Source of the DNA: Bacillota bacterium
Lineage (GTDB): Bacteria > Bacillota_I > Bacilli_A > RF39 > UBA660
Direction of reading: 5' to 3'
NCBI GenBank assembly: GCA_015059365.1
Contig: SVAO01000003.1
Coordinates: 3,682 to 67,681 of the forward strand
Length of the DNA stretch: 64,000 nt
The notes beneath the pieces were generated by a model, which saw nothing but the letters and a program-made list of their open reading frames with translations, did not search any database and was not told the origin of the DNA. Positions 1 to 9,397 of this stretch are shown piece after piece; the first letter of the stretch is position 1, and the number at the start of each line of letters is the position of its first letter. The translations under genes were made by a program, and so were the position numbers.

Positions 1-128
1 TTGCTTATAATTAAAGTGAAATTTGTTTTTTATTTTATTAAACCACTTCTTCAATATACCACCCCAATTAACTGTGATAAGTATATCACGTTTTACATCT
101 TTTTTCAATTATATCAAAGTAAACAAAA

Positions 129-150
129 AGTAAGGTATATATACCTTACT
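129..150. terminator. perfect 22-bp palindrome, likely terminator for the minus-strand (yihY) transcript
   Basis: AGTAAGGTATA/TATACCTTACT, followed by a T-run on the minus strand. Confidence 0.5.
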
Positions 151-234
151 AAAAAGGAGAAAATCATTACCATCATAAACAAATACTTGTTAGTTCACAG
201 TAAAACTAGGTTGAGTATTTACTAGTCTGTGCAT

Positions 235-270
235 TTGTACATATAGGTAATAATATATGTACAATTTTAT
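235..270 (+). terminator. 11-bp inverted repeat followed by T-run
   Basis: TTGTACATATA-N8-TATATGTACAA-TTTT. Confidence 0.45.
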
Positions 271-280
271 TATATCCTAA

Positions 281-1120
281 TTATTTATTTTTATTATAAT
301 CTTCTGACATTTCATAATCATGAACATTAATTGTCATACCTAATACTAAAATATAAGATAATATATAAATCCATAGCATCAAGATAACTATATTAGTTAA
401 GCTTCCATAAAATATGTTGTAATTATTAAAATTTGTCACATAATATGAGTAGCCTAAAGTTACTATACTAAGAAGTGCAGTAGTAAAAACAGAACCTCTA
501 GTGTTATATTTACTAGGAATATTTTCATCTGGAGCTATTGTATAAATTAACTTAACCATTATATAAACAATTAATATACCTAAAGGCCATTTAATTAAAA
601 AATAAACTTTATATATAATATCACTAATTGATGAGAGCATTTTAACACTAACAATAAACTGCATAATACTATTTCCAAATGCTAAAACTAAAATTATAAA
701 TATAAAAAGAAGTAATATTAATATGGTTAATAAAAGAGCTTTTATACGCCTAGAAAGATAGTTTGAATGTTTTATACCATACAAAGTATTTGATGTTATT
801 ATGATAGAATGAGGGCCATTTGACGCCAACACAAAACCTAAAATCATTGAAACTCCAATTGTTAAATTTAATCCTTCTCCATTAACAAATGATATTAATA
901 TATTCGCAACTCCTTCCGGAAAAAACCTGTTTATAATATTAATAACACTGTCCAAAGAAAGATTAATAGTTGAACAAATAAATCCTGTAAGGACAATAAT
1001 AGGAATTATAGATAAAACTAGAAAAAAAGCTAAATTGCCTGGTAAAAATTTCAATTCCGGCCTAACTAACATAGAATATATATTTTTTATAAATTTTTTT
1101 ACATTATCCATTGTTTTCAC
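281..1120 (-). CDS. YihY/virulence factor BrkB family membrane protein
   Basis: Multi-TM protein with AFFLVLSIIP, N-terminal and YGSLTNIVILMLWIY C-terminal family motifs. Confidence 0.85.
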   Translation of the reverse strand: MKTMDNVKKFIKNIYSMLVRPELKFLPGNLAFFLVLSIIPIIVLTGFICSTINLSLDSVINIINRFFPEGVANILISFVNGEGLNLTIGVSMILGFVLASNGPHSIIITSNTLYGIKHSNYLSRRIKALLLTILILLLFIFIILVLAFGNSIMQFIVSVKMLSSISDIIYKVYFLIKWPLGILIVYIMVKLIYTIAPDENIPSKYNTRGSVFTTALLSIVTLGYSYYVTNFNNYNIFYGSLTNIVILMLWIYILSYILVLGMTINVHDYEMSEDYNKNK

Positions 1121-1173
1121 CTACATTAATATATCAAAAAAAGAAAAAAAATACAAATTAAAAAAAGAAGAAA

Positions 1174-3237
1174 TTAATAATCAATTTCTTCTTTAATTTC
1201 TCTCATAGAAGCAGTTGCTTCATTTATTGCATCATCAATTGTTTTGATAGCATCAGTAATCATACTATATCCTATTGCTGCACCAAAACCGTGGGATAAC
1301 GATTTAAATTCTTTATTTAATTTACGAACATAACTTACAATTTGTTTCTCATCATATCCTACCATATAAATTAAGAATTCATTACCATTTGTACGAATAA
1401 TATCACTATTTGGCATTTGAGTAGCAATCAATATGTTAGCCGCCTCACCAATAACTTTATCCCCTTCAGCATGTCCATAATTATCATTTATATATGCTAC
1501 ATTATTTAAATCCATAATAATAATTGTTTGTGGATAAATTTCACTAGCATCCCATTTTTCAATATTATCGTTTAAATAATTACGATTCTTAAGTGAAGTT
1601 AACATATCTATATATTTTAATTTATCTTCTTTAGATAAATTTATTTTTTTAGTTTTCTGTTTCGGTTTAAATAAAGAAATACCTAAAACCACCAATATTG
1701 CCGCACTGATAATTCCAATGATAAGTAGAATTAATCTTTTTAATGAGAATGGTTTATTAGCTAATTGCATTACTTCATAATAACCTTCGTTGGTTAATTC
1801 CTTTTCATTATTAAATGATAAAAAGAAATCTAAAGTTTTAATAAATAAATCATTTTCATTTGTTTTTCTAACTGCAAAATTATAATCATAGCCCAAATCA
1901 AATAATTTAGCTATTTTATAATTTTTCAAAGCACTATTTGAATAATAATTATATGTCTCATAATCAATAACAATAATACTATTATTATTGATTTGGTTCA
2001 TTAAGCTTTCTACATTATCATATACTTTAACCTTAACACCTTTATCCACTAAAGTATCCGCTATACGACTTGATTTTACAGCCATTACTTCATAATTCTT
2101 CAACGAATTAATCGAATTAACAACTATATCATTATTCTGTTTAATAACTACTGCAATCTTTTCATCAAAAGAAGAAACAGTATTAGCAACATCCATATTA
2201 AATGTTAAATATGTCGTATTATTAAACATAATATCTAATTTGTTTTCATTAAAATCTTTTACTAAGGAATCAATATCACTATATTTTTTATAACTAATCT
2301 CAATGTTTGCAAAATCAGAAAACTTTGCCATAAATATATGATTAATTCCTACATATTTACCATCATAAATTAAATCATATGGTGCATTTTCAACAAAACC
2401 ATAGTGATAACGTTTACTTTTAAATTCAACTTTGGCAATATCATCAACATTAGAAAAAGCTAAATAATTATCTAAAAATTGATCTTGATATGATTTTTCA
2501 TAAGAATCATTTTTCCACTTTTTATAATATTTTGTTAATATGTTATTTAATTTATCAGTATTTCCCAATTGTAAAACATAATCTTGAGTTATTTCAGAAA
2601 TATGATAAGCAATGTTTAATTTATCATTAGAAACAATATCTTTGAAATACATCATACGTGGTAAAACAATTGCATCCACAGTTTTCTTTGATTCATCTAT
2701 ATTTGTTAAATCTTCAATCATACTATTGTAACTGTCAAAAGATTTTAATAATAAATTAGAATCAACATTTAAATAAGTATTGATTTTATCAATATCACTA
2801 TTTAACACTCCAATAGTTAAGTTATTAATATCCTCTAAAGTATTAAACTTTTTATTATCATCAGTTATAAGAATATAATTATCCCTATACAAAAGTATTT
2901 GATTACTTCCAACTTTTTCAACAATTTTTAAAGCATAGTCACTTTTTAATTCATCACCAATTTTATAAGCAACTTTATTAAATTCTAACTGAGTATCTTC
3001 CTCTAAATCTGTTAAAAAATCAAAGAATATTCCTTCCCCATTATAAGTAATCATAGGTATATTGTTAATTATTGATAAATCAATTAATTTACTTTTATTC
3101 TTTTCAATCCATTGTTTTTCAATCAACGTTAAAGTTGTATTTTTATCTTGCTTAAATGCCACAAAATAAGTAATTAAACCTACGATTGTCAACACTAAAA
3201 CAATAATAATTGGAATTAATATTTTTTTATTTTTCAT
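1174..3237 (-). CDS. membrane sensor: extracellular substrate-binding-like domains, TM, degenerate GGDEF domain
   Basis: N-terminal TM; second TM near aa 500; DLNNVAYINDNYGHAEGD signature; GGDEF motif replaced by NGNEF. Confidence 0.8.
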   Translation of the reverse strand: MKNKKILIPIIIVLVLTIVGLITYFVAFKQDKNTTLTLIEKQWIEKNKSKLIDLSIINNIPMITYNGEGIFFDFLTDLEEDTQLEFNKVAYKIGDELKSDYALKIVEKVGSNQILLYRDNYILITDDNKKFNTLEDINNLTIGVLNSDIDKINTYLNVDSNLLLKSFDSYNSMIEDLTNIDESKKTVDAIVLPRMMYFKDIVSNDKLNIAYHISEITQDYVLQLGNTDKLNNILTKYYKKWKNDSYEKSYQDQFLDNYLAFSNVDDIAKVEFKSKRYHYGFVENAPYDLIYDGKYVGINHIFMAKFSDFANIEISYKKYSDIDSLVKDFNENKLDIMFNNTTYLTFNMDVANTVSSFDEKIAVVIKQNNDIVVNSINSLKNYEVMAVKSSRIADTLVDKGVKVKVYDNVESLMNQINNNSIIVIDYETYNYYSNSALKNYKIAKLFDLGYDYNFAVRKTNENDLFIKTLDFFLSFNNEKELTNEGYYEVMQLANKPFSLKRLILLIIGIISAAILVVLGISLFKPKQKTKKINLSKEDKLKYIDMLTSLKNRNYLNDNIEKWDASEIYPQTIIIMDLNNVAYINDNYGHAEGDKVIGEAANILIATQMPNSDIIRTNGNEFLIYMVGYDEKQIVSYVRKLNKEFKSLSHGFGAAIGYSMITDAIKTIDDAINEATASMREIKEEIDY

Positions 3238-3700
3238 TTTCTTTTCCTACCTTCTTTGTGGTTGTAAATGATGAATTATTACAATGTTTATAAGCTATCA
3301 TAGGATACAATTCCTCATCCTTCTCACTTGTGACAAACACTTCAAAATCATAAAATTTCTTTTCTTCTTCAGTAAAATTATCTAAAATCAAATTAAGTAA
3401 TGATTGAACCGTCAATTCATCTGTTTCAGACTTAACTTCAATAAATATTTTAATGATACGCCCAGTAAGCCCAAAATAAGTATCATTAGTATTCTTATTA
3501 CCTAAAATTTTTTCTTTCACACTATTAAATCTTAAATCAGTAATTTGAACATTTTCAATACCATTTAAACGGTTACCATATTTATTACCACCATTACTAG
3601 ATAAAAATACTTTAGTAAAACAAAATCCAATAATACCAAATACAATAACATATATTACTATTAATGATATTACTACTTTATGATTTTTAATAAATTTCAT
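3227..3700 (-). CDS. hypothetical membrane-anchored protein
   Basis: 157-aa ORF with N-terminal TM, overlaps the next gene, in operon orientation. Confidence 0.7.
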   Translation of the reverse strand: MKFIKNHKVVISLIVIYVIVFGIIGFCFTKVFLSSNGGNKYGNRLNGIENVQITDLRFNSVKEKILGNKNTNDTYFGLTGRIIKIFIEVKSETDELTVQSLLNLILDNFTEEEKKFYDFEVFVTSEKDEELYPMIAYKHCNNSSFTTTKKVGKENEK

Positions 3701-3772
3701 CTTTCCACTCCAATCATTTTAACTAGCGTAATAATTATACTATATTTATAATAATTTTTCAAATTTTATCTA

Positions 3773-4789
3773 TTATAATATATAATTAAAAATCTGATTA
3801 TTATTATCTTTCTTAACCATCCCAACAATTTGATTATTTACTTTAATATATACAGTGATAATGCTTTTCATTTGAAAATTATTACCTAAAGCTTTAGAAA
3901 TAATACTTTCTAAATAAATTAACTTATCCCTATTTAAATAATCAGAAGTAATTGTAATAGACGCATTAACTAAATTATTATCTTCAAATAATCCATATCC
4001 AGATATATAAATATTATCCAAATTAATCTGCCCTTGAAATGCTTTAAAACCATTGTAAACATCTACATTCTTTTCTGTTAAATTATTACTATCTAAATAG
4101 TGATAACTAAAATCAACTGCTTTAAATGATATATTATTATCTGACGTTATTCCAAAATATTTGTAAGAACCCGGTAAAGTTGAATTAGGTGATGCATTAA
4201 TATAAAGACCTATTAATATTCTCTTATCTTTAAGATTATCAATATTACGCAAATAACTCAAAACATCTTTAATTTTTTCCTTAGCATATTTTACTAATTC
4301 TTCTTCAGATATTTCTTTATATAAAGTAGCACCATAATTATTTTTATATGATTGATATTTATTAAGAGCTAACCCGATAGAGATACCGGCCAAATCACCA
4401 TTTTTATCTAAATAATTCTGTTCATGAATATACGTAATATATTTTGGAATCATTTCAATCCCATCTATATTAACTTTATAATCAGGATTTATATCATTAA
4501 GAAGTTCTTTTATTGAATTAATATCCAAATATTGACCTGCTTGATAATAATAATTGGATGTTTTAAAATATTTCGATGATAAATCCATTAAACGGGATTG
4601 AATGTTATCAACATCATAGTTATTACTAATCATATAATTTATATAATTGCCACTTACAGATTGCTGGTATGGCTCGAAAATTTTATATGTATTTAAATCA
4701 TAATAATTTTCAAAATCTAACTCTTCTTTTTTAGAACAACCACTTAATATTAAAATAAAAATTACTAACATTACAATATATTTTTTCAT
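3773..4789 (-). CDS. camS: CamS family sex-pheromone precursor lipoprotein
   Basis: Lipobox LSGC; LMDLSSKYF..YYYQAGQYLD, YIHEQNY and LAGISIGLALN match CamS motifs as recalled. Confidence 0.75.
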   Translation of the reverse strand: MKKYIVMLVIFILILSGCSKKEELDFENYYDLNTYKIFEPYQQSVSGNYINYMISNNYDVDNIQSRLMDLSSKYFKTSNYYYQAGQYLDINSIKELLNDINPDYKVNIDGIEMIPKYITYIHEQNYLDKNGDLAGISIGLALNKYQSYKNNYGATLYKEISEEELVKYAKEKIKDVLSYLRNIDNLKDKRILIGLYINASPNSTLPGSYKYFGITSDNNISFKAVDFSYHYLDSNNLTEKNVDVYNGFKAFQGQINLDNIYISGYGLFEDNNLVNASITITSDYLNRDKLIYLESIISKALGNNFQMKSIITVYIKVNNQIVGMVKKDNNNQIFNYIL

Positions 4790-4857
4790 GCTACCACCAT
4801 CATTTTAATTATAACATATCATTTATTATTTTAAATAAAAATGACACATTTGTGTCA

Positions 4858-5265
4858 TTATTTAGATTCTAATTTCTTTAAAACATCTTTTGTTACATCT
4901 ATTGCTTTTTCTCTTACAGCATTAGCTGCATCTTCTAAAACAGGTGTTCCTTTGTCTACTGCATATTGAACTAATTTTTTAGTTGCTTCTTCTATATCTT
5001 TAGCTTTCTTTTTAGCAACTTTTAATACCTTTTCTTTATCTAAATCATCTAATGAAGCTTTGATTTCTGCAATTTTATTTTCAACTTCTTCTTTAACTTC
5101 TTCAATATCAATATCTTTTACCTTAGCTATTAACTCATCCATTTTTTGTTTTAATTCACGTCTTGTTTCACTACCTTCTTTAGGAGCAAACAATATTCCT
5201 AATCCTGCACCAATAGCTGCACCTGTTAAAAATTTCCAAATTCCTGTTTTTTTACCCTTACTCAT
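4858..5265 (-). CDS. YtxH domain general stress protein
   Basis: FLTGAAIGAGLGILFAPKEGSETR motif; start reassigned to MSKGKK (RBS GAGGAG). Confidence 0.85.
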   Translation of the reverse strand: MSKGKKTGIWKFLTGAAIGAGLGILFAPKEGSETRRELKQKMDELIAKVKDIDIEEVKEEVENKIAEIKASLDDLDKEKVLKVAKKKAKDIEEATKKLVQYAVDKGTPVLEDAANAVREKAIDVTKDVLKKLESK

Positions 5266-5548
5266 CACTATTCTCCTCATCTTTACTTTTTTTCTTAAAA
5301 AACGATGTAATTCCTGTTGCAATAGTACCTACTATTCTATCAGTTAACATATTAACCGCATCTGCACCCTTATCAACAAGAGAAAAAACTCCATTTAGTT
5401 TTCCCATCTTATTATTTACATCTTCAATAGTTTTATCAACTTTATCTAACGTCTTTATCGCCTTAACCATTAAAACTATAAGTACTATTAATAGTATACT
5501 TAATAATATATATAATATGATAGGCATAACTTTTAACAAAACATCCAT
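5258..5548 (-). CDS. DUF948/YtxG-like protein
   Basis: N-terminal TM plus coiled coil (KTLDKVDKTIEDV), directly upstream of YtxH as in the Bacillus ytxGH pair. Confidence 0.7.
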   Translation of the reverse strand: MDVLLKVMPIILYILLSILLIVLIVLMVKAIKTLDKVDKTIEDVNNKMGKLNGVFSLVDKGADAVNMLTDRIVGTIATGITSFFKKKSKDEENSDE

Positions 5549-5550
5549 TT

Positions 5551-6288
5551 TTATTCATCTTCTTTCTTATCGTACATAGAATCTATCAAGTTAAATAAAT
5601 CACTCTCTGTTAAGGTATTATCACTTTCTTCTAACTCTTGATGCATTTCTTCGAATAAATCTTCATCTTCTTTAATTGTAACCTCTTCTTTTTCTATTTC
5701 TTTAGAAGCAAATCTCGGTTCATAATCTGGATCCATTAAATCTTCAAGCATTCCATCATGTACATCTATTTCTAATGTTTCATTTTTCTCTTCAAATATT
5801 TCATAATCATCACTTGGAATTACAGTTTCTAATTCATCTTCAAGCGTTCCAAATGCCTTTTTTCTAACATCATCAATAGATACTGAACTTTTATTATCAT
5901 AATATGAAGTTGTTGGTTGTTTTTTCTTTGGTGTAATATCTTCTTTATGATAATTTTTATCTAATACACCATATACTGGAGAAATAATTGGAGTTGGTCT
6001 AAAAGCCTTTTTTTCTTCCTCTTTTCCTTTGTATCTTTCTTCTAATTTAGGAACTTTTTTTTCTTCTTTCTTCTCTCTTCTTTCTAAACTAGCAAAATCA
6101 TTATCATCAAAAAATATTGGAACTTGTGGTTTTTCTTCCTTAACTAAAACTTCACTTTCTGAAATTGTTTCTTCTTTATTTTCTGTAGAAACTGGAGCTG
6201 GTATCTCTACCTGAATAACATCTTTTTTTATCGGTGCCTCTTCAACTTCCTCCGTAAACAAATTTTTTACCTTATCTAAAAATCCCAT
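5551..6288 (-). CDS. acidic hypothetical protein
   Basis: 245-aa ORF with RBS GAGGGTGA; conserved-looking FRPTPIISPVYG motif. Confidence 0.7.
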   Translation of the reverse strand: MGFLDKVKNLFTEEVEEAPIKKDVIQVEIPAPVSTENKEETISESEVLVKEEKPQVPIFFDDNDFASLERREKKEEKKVPKLEERYKGKEEEKKAFRPTPIISPVYGVLDKNYHKEDITPKKKQPTTSYYDNKSSVSIDDVRKKAFGTLEDELETVIPSDDYEIFEEKNETLEIDVHDGMLEDLMDPDYEPRFASKEIEKEEVTIKEDEDLFEEMHQELEESDNTLTESDLFNLIDSMYDKKEDE

Positions 6289-6300
6289 ACTATCACCCTC

Positions 6301-6915
6301 CTATGAACCTGTCTGTTCATCATCAACATACTCTAAGAAATTATCATTACTTTCATCCTTTGATTCAAAGATATCATAATTTTCCTCTTTATTAGTAAAA
6401 AACTCATCATCCAACATTAATTTAATTACTGGATTATTAAACTTTACTGTAGACAAAATATATGATGAATTTAATATAACACTATTAATTTCATCTTCAT
6501 TAACCAATGTTTGTATTCGTGCATAATTATAAAAGAAATTAATTAGATACTTACCACCAACTTGTTTTATTTCTAAATATCCATTTTTATCATTCAAATT
6601 AAATTTACGTGAATAATAAACATCATCTTTTTCTTCATAATCTATATCTTTATTATAAAAATAACTTATTGCGTCTATATATAGATAATAATAGTTTCCA
6701 TTAGAATATAATTTATCATTAAATTCTACTGTATCTATATAATTAACACCTCTAGGAACATAATATTTATAACCTTTTCCAACGCGATTATATAATTCAT
6801 TATTCTTAGATAAGATAACATTTATAGTATTATCAATATTATCTGTATCTATTCGAACTATCGTGCACCCAGTAATACTAAATGCAACTAACAGTAGTAC
6901 AACAATTTTTTTCAT
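6301..6915 (-). CDS. hypothetical lipoprotein
   Basis: Lipobox ITGC after a basic N-terminus and hydrophobic stretch. Confidence 0.7.
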   Translation of the reverse strand: MKKIVVLLLVAFSITGCTIVRIDTDNIDNTINVILSKNNELYNRVGKGYKYYVPRGVNYIDTVEFNDKLYSNGNYYYLYIDAISYFYNKDIDYEEKDDVYYSRKFNLNDKNGYLEIKQVGGKYLINFFYNYARIQTLVNEDEINSVILNSSYILSTVKFNNPVIKLMLDDEFFTNKEENYDIFESKDESNDNFLEYVDDEQTGS

Positions 6916-6994
6916 GCCTCACCTACTTACTTAGATTATACCAAATTTTAACATAATTTGTTTATTTTTTATAAAAACACTGTAAATAAAACGT

Positions 6995-7624
6995 CTACTT
7001 AGTAACGTCAATCATATATATTACTTGCCCACGTGATACAAATCTATCCTCATATTCAGTCGGTATATTTAATTCATGATCATCATTATATAAATCTAAT
7101 GATATATCTTCTATTTTATATCCATAATTGTTAAATGATCTAATAGAAAACTCAAATAGCTTTCTATTATCAGTTTTCATCACAATATTTTTTATATCTT
7201 TAAATATCAAATCATACTTTTCCAAAAACTTAATACTTGATAGGCGCCTATGTTCATGTCTATCTTTTGGCCATGGATCTGAAAAATTCAAATAAATTCT
7301 ATCTATTTCTTTATCAAATACATCATTTATTTCAAGTGCATCCATTCTAATTAGTTTTAAATTAGGAATATCCATATTCCCAATTTTTTGAATTGCCCTA
7401 ACTATCACACTATCATACTTTTCAATACCAATAAAATTAATATTAGGATATTTTAATGCATTATTTATTATAAATTGCCCTTTCCCCATACCTATTTCAA
7501 TATAAATAGGATTATCATTGTCAAACAACTTTCTAAAATTACCACGAAATTCTTTTGGCTCTAGTAAGATATAACTAGATGATTCAATTTGTTCTTTTGC
7601 ATTCTTTACATTTCTTAATCTCAC
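6995..7624 (-). CDS. trmB: tRNA (guanine-N7)-methyltransferase
   Basis: IEIGMGKG, FIGIE and LNFSDPWPK motifs. Confidence 0.95.
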   Translation of the reverse strand: MRLRNVKNAKEQIESSSYILLEPKEFRGNFRKLFDNDNPIYIEIGMGKGQFIINNALKYPNINFIGIEKYDSVIVRAIQKIGNMDIPNLKLIRMDALEINDVFDKEIDRIYLNFSDPWPKDRHEHRRLSSIKFLEKYDLIFKDIKNIVMKTDNRKLFEFSIRSFNNYGYKIEDISLDLYNDDHELNIPTEYEDRFVSRGQVIYMIDVTK

Positions 7625-7724
7625 TTTATCACCTATTTAAATTATAACATACTTATATATCAAAAAAAAGAATGAAAGTTGAACTTGTCAACAAAAATCA
7701 TTCTTTTTTCATTAAATTTTATGT

Positions 7725-8690
7725 TTATACATAAACTCTCGCTATATACGTATATGCTTGATCATCAATAGTAACCACTATAGTTAAATAGTGAGGGTTT
7801 TCATCATCATTAAGTGCATCTATTGAATATGGCATAGCATAAGATGCGATTTCAGTATCAGCACCAAAAAACACAAGTTTATCCGTATAAGTTGATAATT
7901 TATAATTTACCATTACAGAAATAGTACTGCTATTAACAAATTCATTAATTTCCTTATCTGCGCCTTTAACTGTAACTTTTAAATTCAAATAATCTTTTGT
8001 TGGATCATTCAACACAACTTCACCGTCATCAATCGAATTGACAACATCAATTCCAATTCCATATATGTTATCATTTGTAAACGTTTTTTCTTCTTGTTCA
8101 TATGAATCAGCTTGTGCATATACAGTTGTTATTTGATAAGTAAAGTTTTTATCTCCTGCAGCCCAATTTCCTCCAAAACGAGCATCAATTTTAAATATTT
8201 TTTCATTAGAGTCTGTTGGTATATAACAAGGAGTATTTTCACCACATGCAAATCCTCCTATATTAAGTCCAGAATTTAACACACCTAAATCAACTTCTGT
8301 ATCTGCTAATATATCTTGTGCTACTACATTTTGTCCACTACCAAGAATATTAAAATTTACGTATGTACTAGTTTCACTCTTACTTAAAGAGTCCCAATCT
8401 TTATCATTTGCCCCTACAAATGTAGATGGTGCCCCTTCACTTGTTGTACTAATATCTGTGATTTTTGCACTTACTGGTACAAATGACTTATTTTCCATTG
8501 TCATGTATGCTGGAGTTCTTTCTCCAGTTGTTAAATCTAAAGTAATATCTGCTGATATTGTTGTTACTACTTCGATACTGATATCACCAACAATATTTAC
8601 TCCAACATCTGTTGTTTGTGCTAATACACTATATGGCATATATGTTATCATTGTTACTACTAATAATATATAACTTATTATTTTTTTCAT
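7725..8690 (-). CDS. secreted beta-rich surface protein, unknown function
   Basis: Signal peptide ending VLA/Q; T/S/D/N-rich beta-strand pattern; no enzyme motif. Confidence 0.65.
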   Translation of the reverse strand: MKKIISYILLVVTMITYMPYSVLAQTTDVGVNIVGDISIEVVTTISADITLDLTTGERTPAYMTMENKSFVPVSAKITDISTTSEGAPSTFVGANDKDWDSLSKSETSTYVNFNILGSGQNVVAQDILADTEVDLGVLNSGLNIGGFACGENTPCYIPTDSNEKIFKIDARFGGNWAAGDKNFTYQITTVYAQADSYEQEEKTFTNDNIYGIGIDVVNSIDDGEVVLNDPTKDYLNLKVTVKGADKEINEFVNSSTISVMVNYKLSTYTDKLVFFGADTEIASYAMPYSIDALNDDENPHYLTIVVTIDDQAYTYIARVYV

Positions 8691-8703
8691 ATTTTACCTC
8701 TTT

Positions 8704-9183
8704 CTAATTTTTTATTGTTAAATTTATTTCTACTCCACTTTTTCCTTTATAATTATTATTTCCATCATAAGCCTCAAAATAAGCAATACATTTATAACTA
8801 CCTTTATTTATTTTTTTATCTAATGCTGCTTCATCTATTTTTTCACCTGGATTTAACTTAGGTGATGTATAGATTAATTCATTGGTATCTTTTAAATATA
8901 TTTTTACTATCACATCATAAACGTTATTACCTTTATTTTCTATTCCAAACTTGCCTTTTTTAAAGGAACTTTCTAAAGTTATCGCAGAATTTATTTTGAT
9001 TGCTAATTGATTACTATTTAATTTGCCTGCAACCTCTTCTCCTTTTTCAACAGTCTCATTTTTGTTTCTATTTTCCATTGCTTTTTTTATTACAAGAAAC
9101 GAAGACGTTGAAAATGCGATTGCAAGTAGTAATAATATTACAAAGTTTTTTAATGAACTAAGAACTTCATTTTTCTTCTTCAT
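8704..9183 (-). CDS. membrane-anchored Ig-like protein (IENxxxNxY..LIYxSxxLxPG family)
   Basis: N-terminal TM; IENKGNNVYDVIVKIYLKDTNELIYTSPKLNPGE resembles a family I recall from Firmicutes surface-protein loci; RBS AAAGGAGG. Confidence 0.6.
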   Translation of the reverse strand: MKKKNEVLSSLKNFVILLLLAIAFSTSSFLVIKKAMENRNKNETVEKGEEVAGKLNSNQLAIKINSAITLESSFKKGKFGIENKGNNVYDVIVKIYLKDTNELIYTSPKLNPGEKIDEAALDKKINKGSYKCIAYFEAYDGNNNYKGKSGVEINLTIKN

Positions 9184-9225
9184 CTATATTTGGCACTTCC
9201 TCCTTTCTAAAACACAAAAAAACAC

Positions 9226-9249
9226 AAAAAATTCTAGTTTTCTAGAATT
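9226..9249 (-). terminator. leader terminator-like hairpin upstream of the 9183 gene
   Basis: AATTCTAG-AAAA-CTAGAATT followed by long U-runs on the minus strand; AU-rich stem. Confidence 0.5.
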
Positions 9250-9282
9250 CTTTCGTGCTTTTCTGTTGAAGTGATTTTTGGG

Positions 9283-9342
9283 TTAGTAATATACCCCCCC
9301 CCAGGTGATATTGATACTATTTAAAATACCATTCATAACCAT
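9283..9342 (-). CDS. putative 19-aa leader peptide MVMNGILNSINITWGGVYY containing a G9 tract
   Basis: RBS AAGGAAGTGA upstream of ATG; read manually; below the ORF-track cutoff. Confidence 0.4.
   Translation of the reverse strand: MVMNGILNSINITWGGVYY
9294..9302 (-). repeat. G9 homopolymer (C9 on plus strand)
   Basis: Direct count of 9 C at 9294-9302 in a very AT-rich context. Confidence 0.95.
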
Positions 9343-9366
9343 AAAATCACTTCCTTATCTTGTTAC

Positions 9367-9395
9367 ATTTTAGCACATTCAGTTCATTTTGTCCA
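9367..9395 (-). promoter_or_regulatory. sigma70-type promoter for the 9183-7725 operon
   Basis: TGGACA-N17-TAAAAT with extended -10 TG. Confidence 0.6.
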
Positions 9396-9397
9396 TA

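Noticed and set aside
1-225. 74-aa plus-strand ORF
   Set aside because: TTG start at the window edge, no recognisable motif, and it runs through hairpins; probably spurious.
9268-9353. Invertible promoter bounded by the 18-bp inverted repeat
   Set aside because: The enclosed segment is only 50 bp, the best promoter lies outside it, and no recombinase is nearby; kept only as a test within the attenuator finding.
9183-9360. c-di-GMP riboswitch in the leader of the surface module
   Set aside because: Only a GAAA fragment is present; the GEMM-I GGCAAA..GAAA..GCAAAG architecture is absent.
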